The notes beneath the pieces are model-generated. The model saw nothing but the letters and a program-made list of their open reading frames with translations, had not been told where the DNA came from and did no database searches. Source: Octopus sinensis (Eukaryota). From it: DNA of 64,000 bases. Location of the stretch: positions 17,422,001 through 17,486,000 of the forward strand of contig NC_042999.1 of assembly GCF_006345805.1 (NCBI RefSeq), read 5' to 3'. Made by a program: the position numbers and the translations under genes. Of this stretch, positions 12,132 through 27,217 are shown one piece after another (position 1 is the stretch's first letter; the number at the start of each line of letters is the position of its first letter).

Positions 12132-13138
12132 TATTTGTATTATTGCATGCTTAAGAACATAGGCTCACCACACTAATTTGTTGTGATTGGTTGAAATACC
12201 TATCATAGGAGATAATGGGCATTTAATGAGCCCTTTGACGTGATATTAGTCGAGTGATGCGCGGGAAGTGGATTGAAGGTCCAATCATGTTGCGCGTAAG
12301 TCAAAGGGGTAAGAGATTTCCATGAGATGAATTTGCACACCCAGCCGCACAGAGGAAAATCAACACACAACGGAGCCCATGCAAGCAATGACGATTCAAT
12401 TTGTAGTATTAATATGGTGAAGGAACAACAAGCGACAAAACATATAATGTGTCTTGCTTCGAACTACTATACGACTTTACGAAGGAATAAAGTTCCTATG
12501 TTATTTTAAAGATAATTTCTAAACAGACCTGAGATCTTAAGGATGGAAAATACAATTTGGGGGTATTTTCGTTGCCATATCACGTATGGAAAGCGACAAA
12601 ATGCAAACTCTTGATTAACGTTCGTTTCCTACGCCAACTTTTATCGAACGAGCACTCCATTACTTGGTCATGTATCTCTTGTCTTATTAGATTTCTCTGT
12701 TATTTAAAGACTGATTTTGTCTTTATATGTTGAATAGGCATGGGAATGGCTATGCGGTATTTAAATAGAATATTTGCTAGGATCGATTTGTTCGACTAAA
12801 GGAAATACTCCAGTATGTTCACAGTCAAATGACTGAAACAATTAAAAAAGGATAAAAGAATAAATTTAGGAATAAACCAATTTCTCCGCAAACAAATGAT
12901 GGACATATGTGAACAGTGCCGAGGTACCGTCAGAGCTCGTTACAGCCTAAGTTTTATTTCACTTTAAATCATGTGTTAGAAGTAACACACTGAAATAACC
13001 TCTCTCAAAATCGGACACAACTTCTAGTTTCATGCCTGGATATTTTGTTGTTCGTGTGTGAATCCGTAGATATATAAAATAGCGGTCCGTAGATATATAA
13101 GATACAAGCCTAGCGCAAATTACAGAGAATCTGAATAT

Positions 13139-13352
13139 AAAGGCGGCGAGTTTGCAGAGACGTTAGCTCGCTGGGCGAAATGCTTATCGGCATTTCATCT
13201 GTTTTTACGTTCTGAGTTCAAATTCCTCCGAGGTCGACTTTGCCTTTCATCCTTTCGGGGTCGATAAATTATGTACCAGTTGCGTACTGGGGACAATCTA
13301 AGCGGCTGGCCTCCTGCTGCAAAAGTTCGGGCCTTGTACACAGAGTGGAAAA
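13139..13352 (+). mobile_element. SINE family A monomer with alternative (type 2) tail
   Basis: Same head and body; tail ...ttcgggccttgtacacagagtggaaaa. Confidence 0.88.
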
Positions 13353-14147
13353 AAATCTAGTTATAAGTGTTGCTTCAGCATGACCGCGGGCTTACGACTG
13401 AGACCTCTGAAAGAATAAAAGAATGCACTAACATCAGACATTGGAAGTCACACTTATTATATAAAGAACACCCAAATTTAATACGAGTAGCACGGCGGTG
13501 ACGCTCAATGTATTGTAAAATGTCACAGTAGTGCTGAGCCATACTAAACCACAAATACGTATATATTTACAGGATTTATTGAATCAGTTTTACAAAAAGA
13601 AACGTATGTCGAAAACATTGGTTCTAACTCATAATTGGGGGTCTTCCGTTTTGCACCAACGCATACTACTCTCTTGTGAGCCACCGTGCTGCATCTCTTG
13701 GAAGGACCTCAATATTTCCCAATGAGGAAAATCTCGGGTTGCAAGGAGCACGATTAGCGTGAGTTAGATGGACGATGCATTCCTATATGTAATTAATGCA
13801 GAGTCTATGTAGCAACAGAGAGAAAGTGCACACGGCTCTCTCTCTTTCGCATTGCAGCTATCCAGGATGGAAAACTAAAACTAGGAAGGTAATAAGCACC
13901 AAGCATTTGTCACTGGCATACAAATTGCAGCTCGACAACAATTTTCTGTCTCCATCTCACACATGCACATAAACACTCGCACACATACACACACTCGTGT
14001 ATATCTGCATATATTATAAATGACTAAGCTTACTTAAATATCCCATATACATACACACACACATACACACACACACACACATATATATAATATACAAATA
14101 TATACATATATATACATATATATACATATATACATATATACATATAT

Positions 14148-14207
<60 letters not shown>

Positions 14208-14223
14208 ATATATATACAAATAT

Positions 14224-15226
14224 ATACATATACATACGGCATGTTGCCATGCGTGTTTGTGACTCTGTGTGTACACATAATTATCTTTGACACTGTCTTT
14301 CATGATATAAACTGGGAGATAACTTAATTACTATGGTATACGAAAGAAGCGTATGCAACGATAACTGCATAATATATGGAAGGTTTTGGCTCCAGCTATG
14401 TTAAATGATGCATTATTCAAATTCCCAATAAGATATCAATACCATCCTTAGCGATATAGTCAGCCAGCCTTATTAGATATAAACTAACATGAAATATTGC
14501 GATATATCTTGGTCATCCAAATTTAAATAGTTGCCTGTTCGTTCTAAATTTCTCTTTGGATTCTGTTTTTGTTTTTATCATATTCCTGCAGGACGTTCCT
14601 GTATGATGTTGCATATGTGGAACGCGTATTAAATAATCGTATTTTACGTATGTTTCTATTTTGTAAAAATCTAAAGATAACGCATTTTCTTCCATTGATA
14701 TTGATTGCAGCAGTTCTTCTTGCTGTTTAGCGTGTAAACAATTGTATGTGCTTCGTCCTTATCCATCCATCCATCCATCCATCCATCCATCCTTCCATCT
14801 ATCTATCCATCCATCCATCCATCCATCCATCCTTCCATCCATCCATCCATCCATCCATCCATCCATCCATCCATCCATCCATCCATCCATACATACATAC
14901 ATACATACGTACATACATACATACATACATACGTTCATACATACATACATACGGACATACGTACATACATACATACGTACATACATACACACATACATAT
15001 ATACATACTTATATGCGTACATGCCTGCAAGTAACCACTCATAAATACATTGAAATATATATACATGTATTATTCATACACAAACACACACACAAATATA
15101 CATATATCTGTGTCTATCTATGTAACTTTCTATGTATCTGTCACTGTCTTGTTCTCTTACTTTCTTTCTCTATTGGTATATCTATCTATCTATCCATCCA
15201 TCCACCCATCTATGTATCCATCTTTG

Positions 15227-15273
<47 letters not shown>

Positions 15274-15314
15274 ATATATATATATATCTATCTCTCTTTC
15301 TCTCTCTCTCTCTC

Positions 15315-15361
<47 letters not shown>

Positions 15362-16393
15362 ATATAATATATATATATATATATACATATACATACGGGC
15401 ATGTTGCCATGCGTGTTTGTGACTCTGTGTGTACACATAATTATCTTTGACACTGTCTTTCATGATATAAACTGGGAGATAACTTAATTACTATGGTATA
15501 CGAAAGAAGCGTATGCAACGATAACTGCATAATATATGGAAGGTTTTGGCTCCAGCTATGTTAAATGATTGCATTATTCAAATTCCCAATAAGATATCAA
15601 TACCATCCTTAGCGATATAGTCAGCCAGCCTTATTAGATATAAACTAACATGAAATATTGCGATATATCTTGGTCATCCAAATTTAAATAGTTGCCTGTT
15701 CGTTCTAAATTTCTCTTTGGATTCTGTTTTTGTTTTTATCATATTCCTGCAGGACATTCCTGTTTGATGTTACATATGTGGAACGTGTATTAAATAATCG
15801 TATTTTTACGTATGTTTCTATTTTGTGAAATCTAAAGATAACGCATTTTCTTCCATTGATATTGATTGCAGCAGTTCTTCTTGCTGTTTAGCGTGTAAAC
15901 AATTGTATGTGTTTCGTCCTTATCCATCCATCCATCCATCCATCCATCCATCCTTCCATCTATCCATCCATCCATCCATCCATCCATCCATCCATCCTTC
16001 CATCCATCCATCCATCCATCCATCCATCCATCCATCCATCCATCCATCCATACATACATACATACATACGTACATACATACATACATACATACGTTCATA
16101 CATACATACATACGGACATACGTACATACATACATACGTACATACATACACACATACATATATACATACTTATATGCGTACATGCCTGCAAGTAACCACT
16201 CATAAATAGATTGAAATATATATACATGTATTATTCACACACACACACACACACACAGACAAATATACATATATCTGTGTCTATCTATGTAACTTTCTAT
16301 GTATCTGTCACTGTCTTGTTCTCTTACTTTCTTTCTCTATTGGTATATCTATCTATCTATCCATCCATCCACCCATCTATGTATCCATCTTTG

Positions 16394-16440
<47 letters not shown>

Positions 16441-16467
16441 ATATATATATAATAATCTATCTCTCTT

Positions 16468-16500
<33 letters not shown>
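14224..16500. repeat. Near-identical ~1160-bp tandem duplication (units ~14224-15384 and ~15385-16500)
   Basis: Unique sequence ggcatgttgccatgcgtgtttgtgactctg... and embedded (TCCA)n/(TACA)n tracts repeat at an offset of 1160-1161, with few substitutions. Confidence 0.95.
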
Positions 16501-16501
<1 letters not shown>

Positions 16502-16644
16502 AATATAATGTCTGTGTGTATGTATTATATATTATATGTATATATATAGATATATATAATGTATACATACATACAGATATTATATATATATATATATCTA
16601 TATATATATGTATATACATATAATATGTGTATATATGTATGGTT

Positions 16645-16708
<64 letters not shown>

Positions 16709-18342
16709 GTATGTGTCTATTTCTGCATTCTTTTGATATATATGTGTGTATGTTTGTGTGTGCGTGTGTGTCTTTGTACATATTTATATCTATACATATA
16801 TATTCACACATATACATACAGACATATATGTATATATATGTGCGTGTGTGTGTGTGTATGCAAATTTGTGAGTGGGTGTCTCTGTGGTGGTGTCATTGTT
16901 CGTGAGTGTTTGCTTATCTCAATGTGGCTTTTCTCTTTCTCTGTGTATATATAATTTTTGATAGCAAACCATAATTTATGTAGTTGATATTTTCTTTTAT
17001 TCCTATAACAAAGTGTCTAACTTATTGACCCGTGTCTCATTCCGCAATCTTCAGGAGATCGTCTGTTGTTCTTGCTTTCTTCTTCCTCAACTTTATGTGT
17101 GTTTGAAGAGTCATTCATTTACTTTCATCCAAATTGTTTTATTGTTATCTCGACAATTTATATACGTTTCCTTGTTTTCATATATTTGCTTTTAAATGAA
17201 TTAGAGAAACATTTCTAATACCGGAAATATTTTGAGTGGCAATAAAATATTACTTTCCTTCAAGTTTTATGTATCTATTTGAAATTATATGGTACTTCTC
17301 GTGATTAGAGAGGATTTGTGACATTTACGTTTTCTCTTTTGAAGTGATTGTTGTAATAGTTTGTCGAATCGGAAAACGAAGATATCTTTGAATCTTTTCG
17401 TGTATATAGCAGGAAAAGACACGCACTCCTCTGTATTCTCCGTCTCCTGGGATGTTCTCTATACATCAAGTGTTTTTGTCTTTTGTTTTGTTTCTATAAC
17501 TCCTTGATAGTCAAAATAGATATTTGTAAAAAAAAGGTCATCAGTTTCGCTTTAGCATTCGTATGAAATATAACCATTATTCTATCCATATTATCCTAAA
17601 CAACTAGAGCATACAATAGTAATGACTGCAGTCTGCATTGTGTGAATAGCTTTACTAAATCCAAAGATTGGATACAATATAGGATCGGTCACGTTTTGTG
17701 AGGATTAACTAGAATGCGCAATATTATTGCTTGGGGTGCAAGATTCCGCTTGTCGATTCTATGTTATATTTATTACAATTGTAGTTTCATAGCAAAAAAA
17801 AAAATAATTTCCCCTTGAAAATGAAAATGTCCCATTTCAGTATTGTCTCGTTGTGACTTTAGTATTTATTGACTTAGAAGTATAATGAACAGATCTTTTC
17901 ATGTATTATGATTGTAATATAATACTATGTCCCCGTTTTATTCTACTGTAAAACCCTTCAATGAACATCATTTAAACAATCAATATTTTGTCGTAATAAC
18001 AATTGATATCACACACCGTATTCAATATACTATGTGCAGAATTTGTTTATATTGCACACAGCAAAGAGATTAATATATCTCTTGATATAAGTATATATGT
18101 TTTGTCTCCAATATGAACGCTCACGAAATTGCTTATATACGTATTAAAGAATAACTAGATTCACAATGTAGACTTTTTGGTATTCAAAATAACTTAGAAA
18201 CGTAAGTGGCACCAACGAACTTGCAAGCATAGATAAAGCTGTCTTTCACTCGATAACGTTCTATGATGTAAATGTATTTAGTATCAATACAGACTTGTGT
18301 TGAATATATATATATATATATCTATATATATATATATAAATA

Positions 18343-18406
<64 letters not shown>

Positions 18407-18459
18407 ATATAATCTATATATATATATATATAATAATTATATATATATATATGTATAAA

Positions 18460-18608
18460 TGAGGATAAGATCGTTATTTAGAATCGATCTTAACAAGTGG
18501 CCAGCATGGGAATAAAAGCTGTGTGGATTTAGAGTCAAATTTTGGCTGCTATTTCCAGTGTAGTGGTATCTCTTAGATACCCTAAATTATAATTTTAATA
18601 ATAATAAT
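18460..18608. mobile_element. Unclassified TA-embedded repeat, related to 56019-56172
   Basis: Shares agcatgggaataaaagc and tgtgg.tttagagtcaa.tttt...ggtatct.ttagata.cc.taa.ttataattttaataataat blocks with 56019-56172. Confidence 0.7.
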
Positions 18609-18622
18609 ACATATATATATAT

Positions 18623-18826
18623 GATAGACCGTTAGCTCCTACACGCATTTTTTTCTCTCCTTGTTTCTCTCCTTGTTTCTGTTCCGTGTATCTTTCTGTC
18701 GAACAGCGTAGGCTCGAAACGTAAAATACTTGTTCTATTTCTATTCCTGAGCGCCATGCTAATACATGTGTTTGTTTGTACTCACCTGCCTTCGTCTTTT
18801 GTTTATTTTCGTAACCTTCCCGTTAT
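18623..18826 (+). mobile_element. Non-coding Penelope-like pLTR element with degenerate minimal hammerhead motif (18693-18727)
   Basis: tttCTGTCGA-a-cagc-gtag-gctc-GAAAcgTA-aaa; homologous to 61077-61278 and 63304-63511; (TA)n on both sides. Confidence 0.7.
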
Positions 18827-18831
18827 ATATA

Positions 18832-18870
<39 letters not shown>

Positions 18871-19944
18871 ATATATATATATAATATATATATATATATA
18901 TACATACATATAAATATTTTAAAATTTGGTGTCTGAATAATTGTCAAAATACAGTATAGCAACATGGTAATGTTATTTACCGTGTTCAAAGAACGATAGG
19001 TATTAACATATGTATAGAATCTTCAAGTTTTAGTATGATATTCCTTGGATACAACAGGAATTAATGCAGAATCCTCTGGTTCCAAACATTTTCGTACAGC
19101 ATGATCACTAAATAACCATATCACGGTATTTAAGGTAATTCTTTCACTTCAAAAATTAAGCAACACTTTATGCAAACAACATACTAAACGGAATATTAAT
19201 ATGGTTTCGAATCCTGACATTTAGGTTTTCCTTTTGAAACATTACTATCAATAACTAAATGTTTATCATTAAGAAAATGCTTATATCAGCAAAGAATGCA
19301 TATTTTAGATCGTTTTTAATCACATATCTATTATTGGCTTTGTAGCAGCATTTCGCCATATTGAGAAACGAAACACTCGACGTTTCCATTAAAATGCTTT
19401 ACGTAATGAGAACGAGCATTCAAGTTTTATTTCAAATAGTTGGTTATCGTTTTTCCCATAACCACAAGAGAATCTACTTCAGATTTGTGAGTGGTTCGAA
19501 GATATTTTTGAATATAATATCATGGAGATAATTAAAATTTTCATCTTTGGGAATAAATTTATATTCTGTAATTTCAAAGACTTCAATAAACAATTAATTT
19601 CAGCTAACATACTTTTGGGGGAAAAAATTATATATTACGATATAATTTACGTATCTTTCAAAGACATGTTTATTAAATATAATTTTCAGAATATTCATGG
19701 AGTCACCATCAACAAAAGGAAAAATCAGTGCTTATGAAAGTTCTATGAAAATAGCATGAAAAACGTTTAAATATACAAGAATACATATTTGCAACAGTAA
19801 GAAAACATGCAATTCCATCAAATTAAACAGGAGCTGAAATGACGCAAACAACATTACAAATATGTTGCCGCAATATGTGCTAAAAGACAAAGTGATGATA
19901 TGCCAATCATTCCACACACACAAAAATGCGCCCACGTATATATT

Positions 19945-20036
<92 letters not shown>

Positions 20037-20603
20037 TATTATATATATATACGATTTATATACATGCGTGTGTGTGTCTAATATCTGTTGGTTTATGTCT
20101 TTTATACATAGGAGAAAAGCACAATCTCAAAATTTATAATAATGTATTACTTCTTAAGATATTCGACTTCGAAACTGAAATTAATATTTCCTTCTTTACG
20201 AAAGGATTGGATTAATAAGAAAAGCAGCAACTTTATGAAATGATTATGTCCAAGAAAACATAATTTTCCTAAAACTAATAGTGATATAAAGTGAGAAATC
20301 GAAAAGTTGGGTAATATATTTTGTTAACAAAATTGTCGCCTTGCATCGTCAAGAGAGAATATTTGATTGCTAATGCAGCTGTTTCAATATGAGTGGATTA
20401 CTCCGGATGCGTTATTAATATTTAGGATTATTTTATTATTCATTAATGCGTGTCAGATTTACATAATTGTTAAACTGAATCAGATTTTAAAATAATAACC
20501 TGAACCACCTTCAGATATTGTTGAGCATACATGTGGTGTAGTGTGTATATAGGAGTATATATATATATATTATATATATATATATATATATAATATATAT
20601 ATA

Positions 20604-20680
<77 letters not shown>

Positions 20681-20886
20681 GTATATATATATGTATGTAT
20701 ATTATAAATATTTATACATACATATTTATATATACTTATGCACATAAACATATAATGGTTGTATATATTTACATCTATCTCTATATCTCCCCTCCCTGTA
20801 TCTCTCTATCTATCTATAGATACACACACACATACACACACACACATATATATATATATGTATGCATTTATGCCTAAGTGTGTATG

Positions 20887-20937
<51 letters not shown>

Positions 20938-21000
20938 GAATTAATTTCCCTCGACGTACACATATATACACACACACTATATATATATATGTTTGCATAC

Positions 21001-21774
21001 ATATACATACGCACGGACACAAACACATATATGTTGTATATATTTACATCTCTTTCTCTCTCTCTCTCTCTTTCCCGCTTCTCTCTCTATCTATGTATTT
21101 ATCTATATATCTATATGCGTATCCCGTTATCGCTGTTTAACTATATCAATATCGATGTATGAATGTATCTACCTATCCGTAGAAAGAACGTGTACTAAGT
21201 TTGTTTTGGCATATCTCGTTGCACGCGTGAAGAGCTATAAATAATATCGTGTTAATATTAGGTTGACAAAAACTTTCGGATAGAAAAATGGTGGCGAATC
21301 TTCGACAAACTCGCACACACAGCTGTGCACGTGACACACATTCTAGCATTGTACGAGAGAAGTCCTTCTAACATCGAAACCTTATAAAAAATTTATGACA
21401 GCAAACACATAAAATCTTCTCAGATGAAAATAAAATTTCTAATATGTGTATAGGATATGTGGAATCGTAACACACGACAGCCTTTGCCCAGACGTTTTCC
21501 AAGGAAATATATACAATATATAATTTACAGTATTATTTGAGCGCCTCGAGATATTCTCCAAAAGTACACATGGACATACAGCTACATACACGCGCACACA
21601 TACTCACAAACATATATTATAAATCCACGCCCACTCACTCACATTCATTTATATATATATATACATTTATATATATATGTATTTATGCGTGAGTGTGTAT
21701 AGGCATACATACATATACATACGTACGCACACAAAAATATATATGTTTTGTATATTTACATCCCTCTCTCCCCG

Positions 21775-21809
<35 letters not shown>

Positions 21810-22140
21810 GTCTATTTATCTCTTTATCTATCTACGTATCTCGTTATTGCTATTTTACTATATCTATATCGATGTATCAATGTTTTGGACTATCTCGATG
21901 CACAGCTGAAGCGCTATAAATAATATGGAGACAAGTCCTTCTAATTTCGAAACCTTATAAAAAATTTATGACATCAAACACATAAAATCCTCTCCGATGG
22001 AAATAAAATTTCTAATATGTATACTGGATATGTGGAATCGTAACACACGACAGCCTTCGCCCAGACGTTTTCCACGCAAATATTTACAAGCTATGATTTA
22101 GTTTATTTGAGCGCCTAGAGATATTCTCTAAAAGTACACA
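21001..22140. repeat. Diverged tandem duplication (~21001-21570 and ~21712-22140)
   Basis: Shared blocks such as aagtccttctaa...cgaaaccttataaaaaatttatgac and ggatatgtggaatcgtaacacacgacagcctt; copy 2 has two deletions. Confidence 0.88.
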
Positions 22141-22199
22141 CACACACACACACAAACATACATTATACATCCATATATATATCAACGATGCAGAAATAC

Positions 22200-22464
22200 A
22201 AAATAATTTAGTCTCAAACGCAGTATAATGGTAATATAATAGCATGAAGAGGATAAACTATTCATATATTGCAGAAAATTTGTCAGCGGCCAGCCATGAG
22301 ACACGAACTACCATCCCCGTGATTACGCGTCAAATGTTGTAAAGAATGTTCTGTAAAACACTTGACGCGTAATAACAGGGGCCTGAGTTCTGCAATATGT
22401 GGATAGTTTATCGTCTTCATGTTATTATATTAGCATTATCCTACGTTTGTGAATAGATTATTTT
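22200..22464. mobile_element. Fold-back (palindromic) element with tRNA-like core
   Basis: Outer arms 22200-22276 and 22388-22464, and inner arms 22315-22338 and 22357-22381, are reverse complements. Confidence 0.8.
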
Positions 22465-22989
22465 TTCTAACTGAATCTTTCAAGACATCACAACACATCT
22501 AAAGTAAACTTTGTTTACTTTCATCGTCTCTCTCTTTCTCTCTATCTCTCTCTCGTAACACAAAATGAGGACTTTCGATTGTGACTGTGGTAAGTTGTAA
22601 TGCAAATACATTCATACACACACACACACACAAACACACACAAAAACATATATATATATAATAATAATAAAAGAAGGGAAATGTAAACACTTTACATAGT
22701 TTTGATATAAGTTTTAAAATATGTTACACTGTGTTTGTCGACCGGTTTCGTTTTCGCTAAACATGAGATTGGAATTATTGATATTTTCTATTTTCTTAAG
22801 AAGATTTTAGTCCATATTGTGTGTGGAGAAGTTCCTGAATGAATGATTCAACAAACAGAAAAATCTATGGGGAGGCAATTGGCTTTTATTATTATTGGGA
22901 CGGGGGAAGTAACTGTTCATCTTACGATGAGGGTGTAAACAAATATATACAAAAACGCAAAAGCTAAATTAGTGAGATGAAATATGTAC

Positions 22990-23089
22990 NNNNNNNNNNN
23001 NNNNNNNNNNNNNNNNNNNNNNNNNNNNNNNNNNNNNNNNNNNNNNNNNNNNNNNNNNNNNNNNNNNNNNNNNNNNNNNNNNNNNNNNN
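22990..23089. other. Assembly gap (100 N)
   Basis: Run of exactly 100 N. Confidence 1.
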
Positions 23090-23537
23090 AAAATTTTCCA
23101 CGAGAAGAAGAAAAAAACATAATTACATTTCTCATACTTAATGACTCTTTTTACGAATCGTAATATGAACAAATCGACAACAAATAAAGAAACTCTAAAT
23201 CTAATTCACCTCAAGTATAAGATCTAAATATATTTCCCATTCAAAACGAGACGTTATAAATCATATGATAATGTTTCAATGTAATTCGAAACGTCGGGTA
23301 CTAAATTGAGAGGCGCGAGAGTCATTTGATGGTCTACAGACTTGGCAACCATTAAACTTCGAGCATGGATTATAATGATGGTACTGCAGTGCACTGGGCA
23401 TTCTAGTTTCTTATTTTGGCTGTTCTATTTTGCCTTTCTAATTTTAGTTATTAATTGCCACATGTAAATGCTTCAAATACAGTCATTGTCTCCCTTATTT
23501 CTTCTATTTTATTTTGTGATTATAAATTGAAAATACA

Positions 23538-23952
23538 TATTTCTTTACTGTCCACAAGAGGCTAAACACAGAGAAGGCAAACAAGGACAGACAAACGGAT
23601 TAAGTCGATTACATCGACGCCAGTGCGTAACTGGTACTTATTTAATCGACTCCGAAAGGATGAAAGGTAAAGTCGACCTTGGCGGAATTTGAACTCAGAA
23701 CGTTGCGGCAGACGTAATACCTATTTCTTTTCTACCCACAAGGGGCTAAACACAAAGGAGAAACAAGGACAGACAAACGGATTAAGTCTATTATATCGAC
23801 GCCAGTGTGTAACTGGTGCTTATTTAATCGGTACCGAAAGGATGAAAAGCAAAGACGACCTCGGCGAAATTTGAACCTAAAACGTAGCGGCAGACGAAAT
23901 ACCGCTAATCATTTCGTCCGGCGCGCTAACGTTTCTGTCAGCTCGTCGCCTT
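23538..23952 (-). mobile_element. SINE family A dimer (head plus two bodies)
   Basis: Junction gtaatac|ctatttc at 23720/23721. Confidence 0.9.
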
Positions 23953-25187
23953 TGAAAATACCACATTATATACGAAATATTTTCTTCCTTTACCAATAAA
24001 GCAAAATTTGAGGCTGGAACTACATGGAATGTAGTTAGAAAGAAACATATGTCAAACATCAATGTCAAATCGTATTCCAGACAGCCGTATGTCATGTTAA
24101 ACTATTTAGTTTCTAAATCAAATACTTGCGTTCATACACCACTCCCATCCTGCAGCAATGCCAAGGAAACAATTGTTGGAAGAATGAAGGAATTATTACA
24201 ATCTACACATTAGCGTGTTCGACTTAATTGTTATTTTATACAATACCCAGTTAAAAATTACTATATAATTTAGATCGTTCGGTCTTTAAGCTGGTTTTTC
24301 TTTTTCCTTTTATAATATAATTTTCTCATCTGATGAACGAAACTAAAAAAATATAAACACGAAACAATACAAATGTTTATCGGCACTTTTAATGTCCGCA
24401 ATACGCATTGATGTTATAGAATGGCGGAAACTATTCATATAGTTATGTATTTTCTTGAAATAATGACCGCAGTATTTTAATATCGATCTGTTTTCTTCGC
24501 CATCGATCCGTCATGTTATGTCATTCAACGTTCGTGTTTCGACAACGCTTCTATATTCTCACAAACAAAATTATCTTCGTGAAGCAACTTTATCGAACTG
24601 TTATAGATTCTTTTCTTTTCTTGTCTATGTTTAAATTTAGGTTGTTCTAGTTAGAGAGACCATTGATGTTGAAATGATGATCTAAGGAAATTAGCACACG
24701 AAGCAATTGCCCTGTTGCACTCTAAAAATCAATGACTCCAGCGAGATGAAACGAAAAGTTATACACACATATAAACAGACTCATACAAACGAAAAAAAAA
24801 AATTCTACAGTGAAACTAATGTCACATGTTTTACGGTTAAAATGTATTTTTATTGTTTACTTGTGTAAGATTTGGTAATTAGTTCAACAGAGTTAACCAA
24901 TAAGAATGAACATTTATCGCAGACATCAATGGTGTGTTGAAGTCGTTGAAGGACATCAAAGTAACCAGTTTGACATTCGTGTTTCTGTCTGCCCGACGAG
25001 ATAATGTTAATAATCTTAATAACCAGCACTGGAAAGCAAAATACTTCACAACATAATAATGTCTGGTGTCACCTCGACTGAAATTTGAAGAATTAATTAA
25101 GAATTTTATTAATTTTCTACTAAACAAAAACTGTGTATGAACATTGTGGGGTCATAATTCACACTGAAGCAATATGCATGCATATGT

Positions 25188-25480
<293 letters not shown>

Positions 25481-26051
25481 CATATGTTTCTGCGTACGCA
25501 TGCGTACAGCTGTTAGCGAACAGCTTCATGCCTGTGTCTGTGAAGCTAATAATATAATGTGTTATGCATGAAATTTCGTGCAGCACTCTTGAATTCCTCA
25601 CGAACATGGTAAAACATGGATTCAATAATACTTGTTAGCTTTTATTTCTTGTTCTTTGCTGCAGAACCAATTTGATTGAACAGACATGATCTTCATCGAC
25701 TTTCTAGTGTAGTAAGATATCATTTGTTTAAAGTGTTCAGAGCAGAGCTTTCAACACTTAATAATGTCGATAAAAGAAATTCATTGCCTTGTTGTGGCTA
25801 ATTAACGTGAGTAGTTAAACAATACTCTTTCTGAGTCAATTAAAGTGGTAACTAATTTCGCTGCTATATATCCGAAAGTTCCTGACAACTTACGCAAGAG
25901 GAAAGAGAAGTACAATTGCTGAATTAAATAGTTATTTCTGGGTACTTTAATCTGTTTGGTTACGTTCTCAGTCCACCGACCATCACGTAACTCATGAGTT
26001 AAATCAGAATGTGAAAGAAGGTTCTTTTACACGTTCTTAAAATTTATACAA

Positions 26052-26628
26052 GTCCCGCCGAGGTCCACTTTGCCTTTCATCCTATTGGGGTCGATAAAAT
26101 TAAGTACCAGTTGCATACTGGGTCGTTCTAATCGACTAGCCCCCTCTTCCAGAATTTCGAGGTTTGTGCCCAAAGTAGAAAAATATTTATGGTGGTGATC
26201 TGGCAGAAACGTTAGCACGCCGGGCGTAATGCTTAGCGGTGTTTCGCCTCTCTTTATGTTCTGAGTTCAAATTCAGCCGAGGTCGCCTTTACCTTTCATC
26301 CTTTCGCGGTCGATAAACTAAGCACCAGTTGCGTACTGGGATCGATCTAATCGATTAGCCCCTTCCTCCAAAATGCCGGGCCTTGTGACTGGAGTAGAAA
26401 AGAATATTTAAGGTGGCTCGCTGGCAGAAACTTTAGCACACCGGGGGTAAATGCCCAGCGGTATTTCGTCCGTCTTTAGGTTCTGAGTTCAAATTCCGCC
26501 GAGGTCGACGTTACCTTTCATCCTTTCGGGATCGATAAATTAAGCACCAGTACGAACTGGGGTCGATCTAACCAGCTGCCCCTCACCTCTTCCAATATTT
26601 CGAGTCTTCTGCTTAGAGTAGAAAAGAA
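26052..26628 (+). mobile_element. Head-to-tail cluster of three SINE family A copies (type 2 tail)
   Basis: Units ~26052-26188 (5'-truncated), 26190-26406 and 26409-26628, each ending ...agtagaaaa.aatat. Confidence 0.88.
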
Positions 26629-26908
26629 TATGTACATCTTCACATACAGAGGCGAAAGTGAAGGCCTAGCATTACCAAAGGTAGGTATAATCATTGTGTC
26701 TTCTCTGTATTCAAATGTCAGCTTCCCATTCATCTTCTATTCCCTCTGTGCTGTGCTCTACTGTACTGCATACATGCAAAAGCCAGGCTTTTGTTTTCAG
26801 TTCATTCTTTGATATCGTGAGTCTTCAAGCGTCTTTGATCGTCCCTTGATCCCTCTGAACATAACTCGTGGGGCATTGTCTGTTGAAAGTGTGACAGGTA
26901 TGTGTACT

Positions 26909-27062
26909 GGCGCAGGCATGCTATGTGATAAAAAGTTTGCTTCCTAGCCACATGTTTCCGGGTTCAATTCCACTGCGTGGCACCTTGGTCGAATGTTTTC
27001 TGTTACAGCCTCGGTCCAATCAAAACATGTTTTGATAGACGGAAACCAAAAGGATCCTGTCG

Positions 27063-27136
<74 letters not shown>

Positions 27137-27185
27137 CACACACACACACGCACACACACACACACACACAACACACACACACACA

Positions 27186-27217
<32 letters not shown>

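Noticed and set aside
12203-12509. Non-repetitive, GC-richer stretch with short ORFs as a possible host exon (also 47650-48000)
   Set aside because: No recognisable protein motif or clear splice-bounded frame; cannot be supported without RNA-seq or homology data.
22735-22802. Minus-strand CTTAAGA...CGAAACCGGTC resembling a Penelope hammerhead
   Set aside because: The core is mutated and there is no convincing stem II.
24330-24346. CTGATGAACGAAAC
   Set aside because: No room for stem II and no helix I or III.
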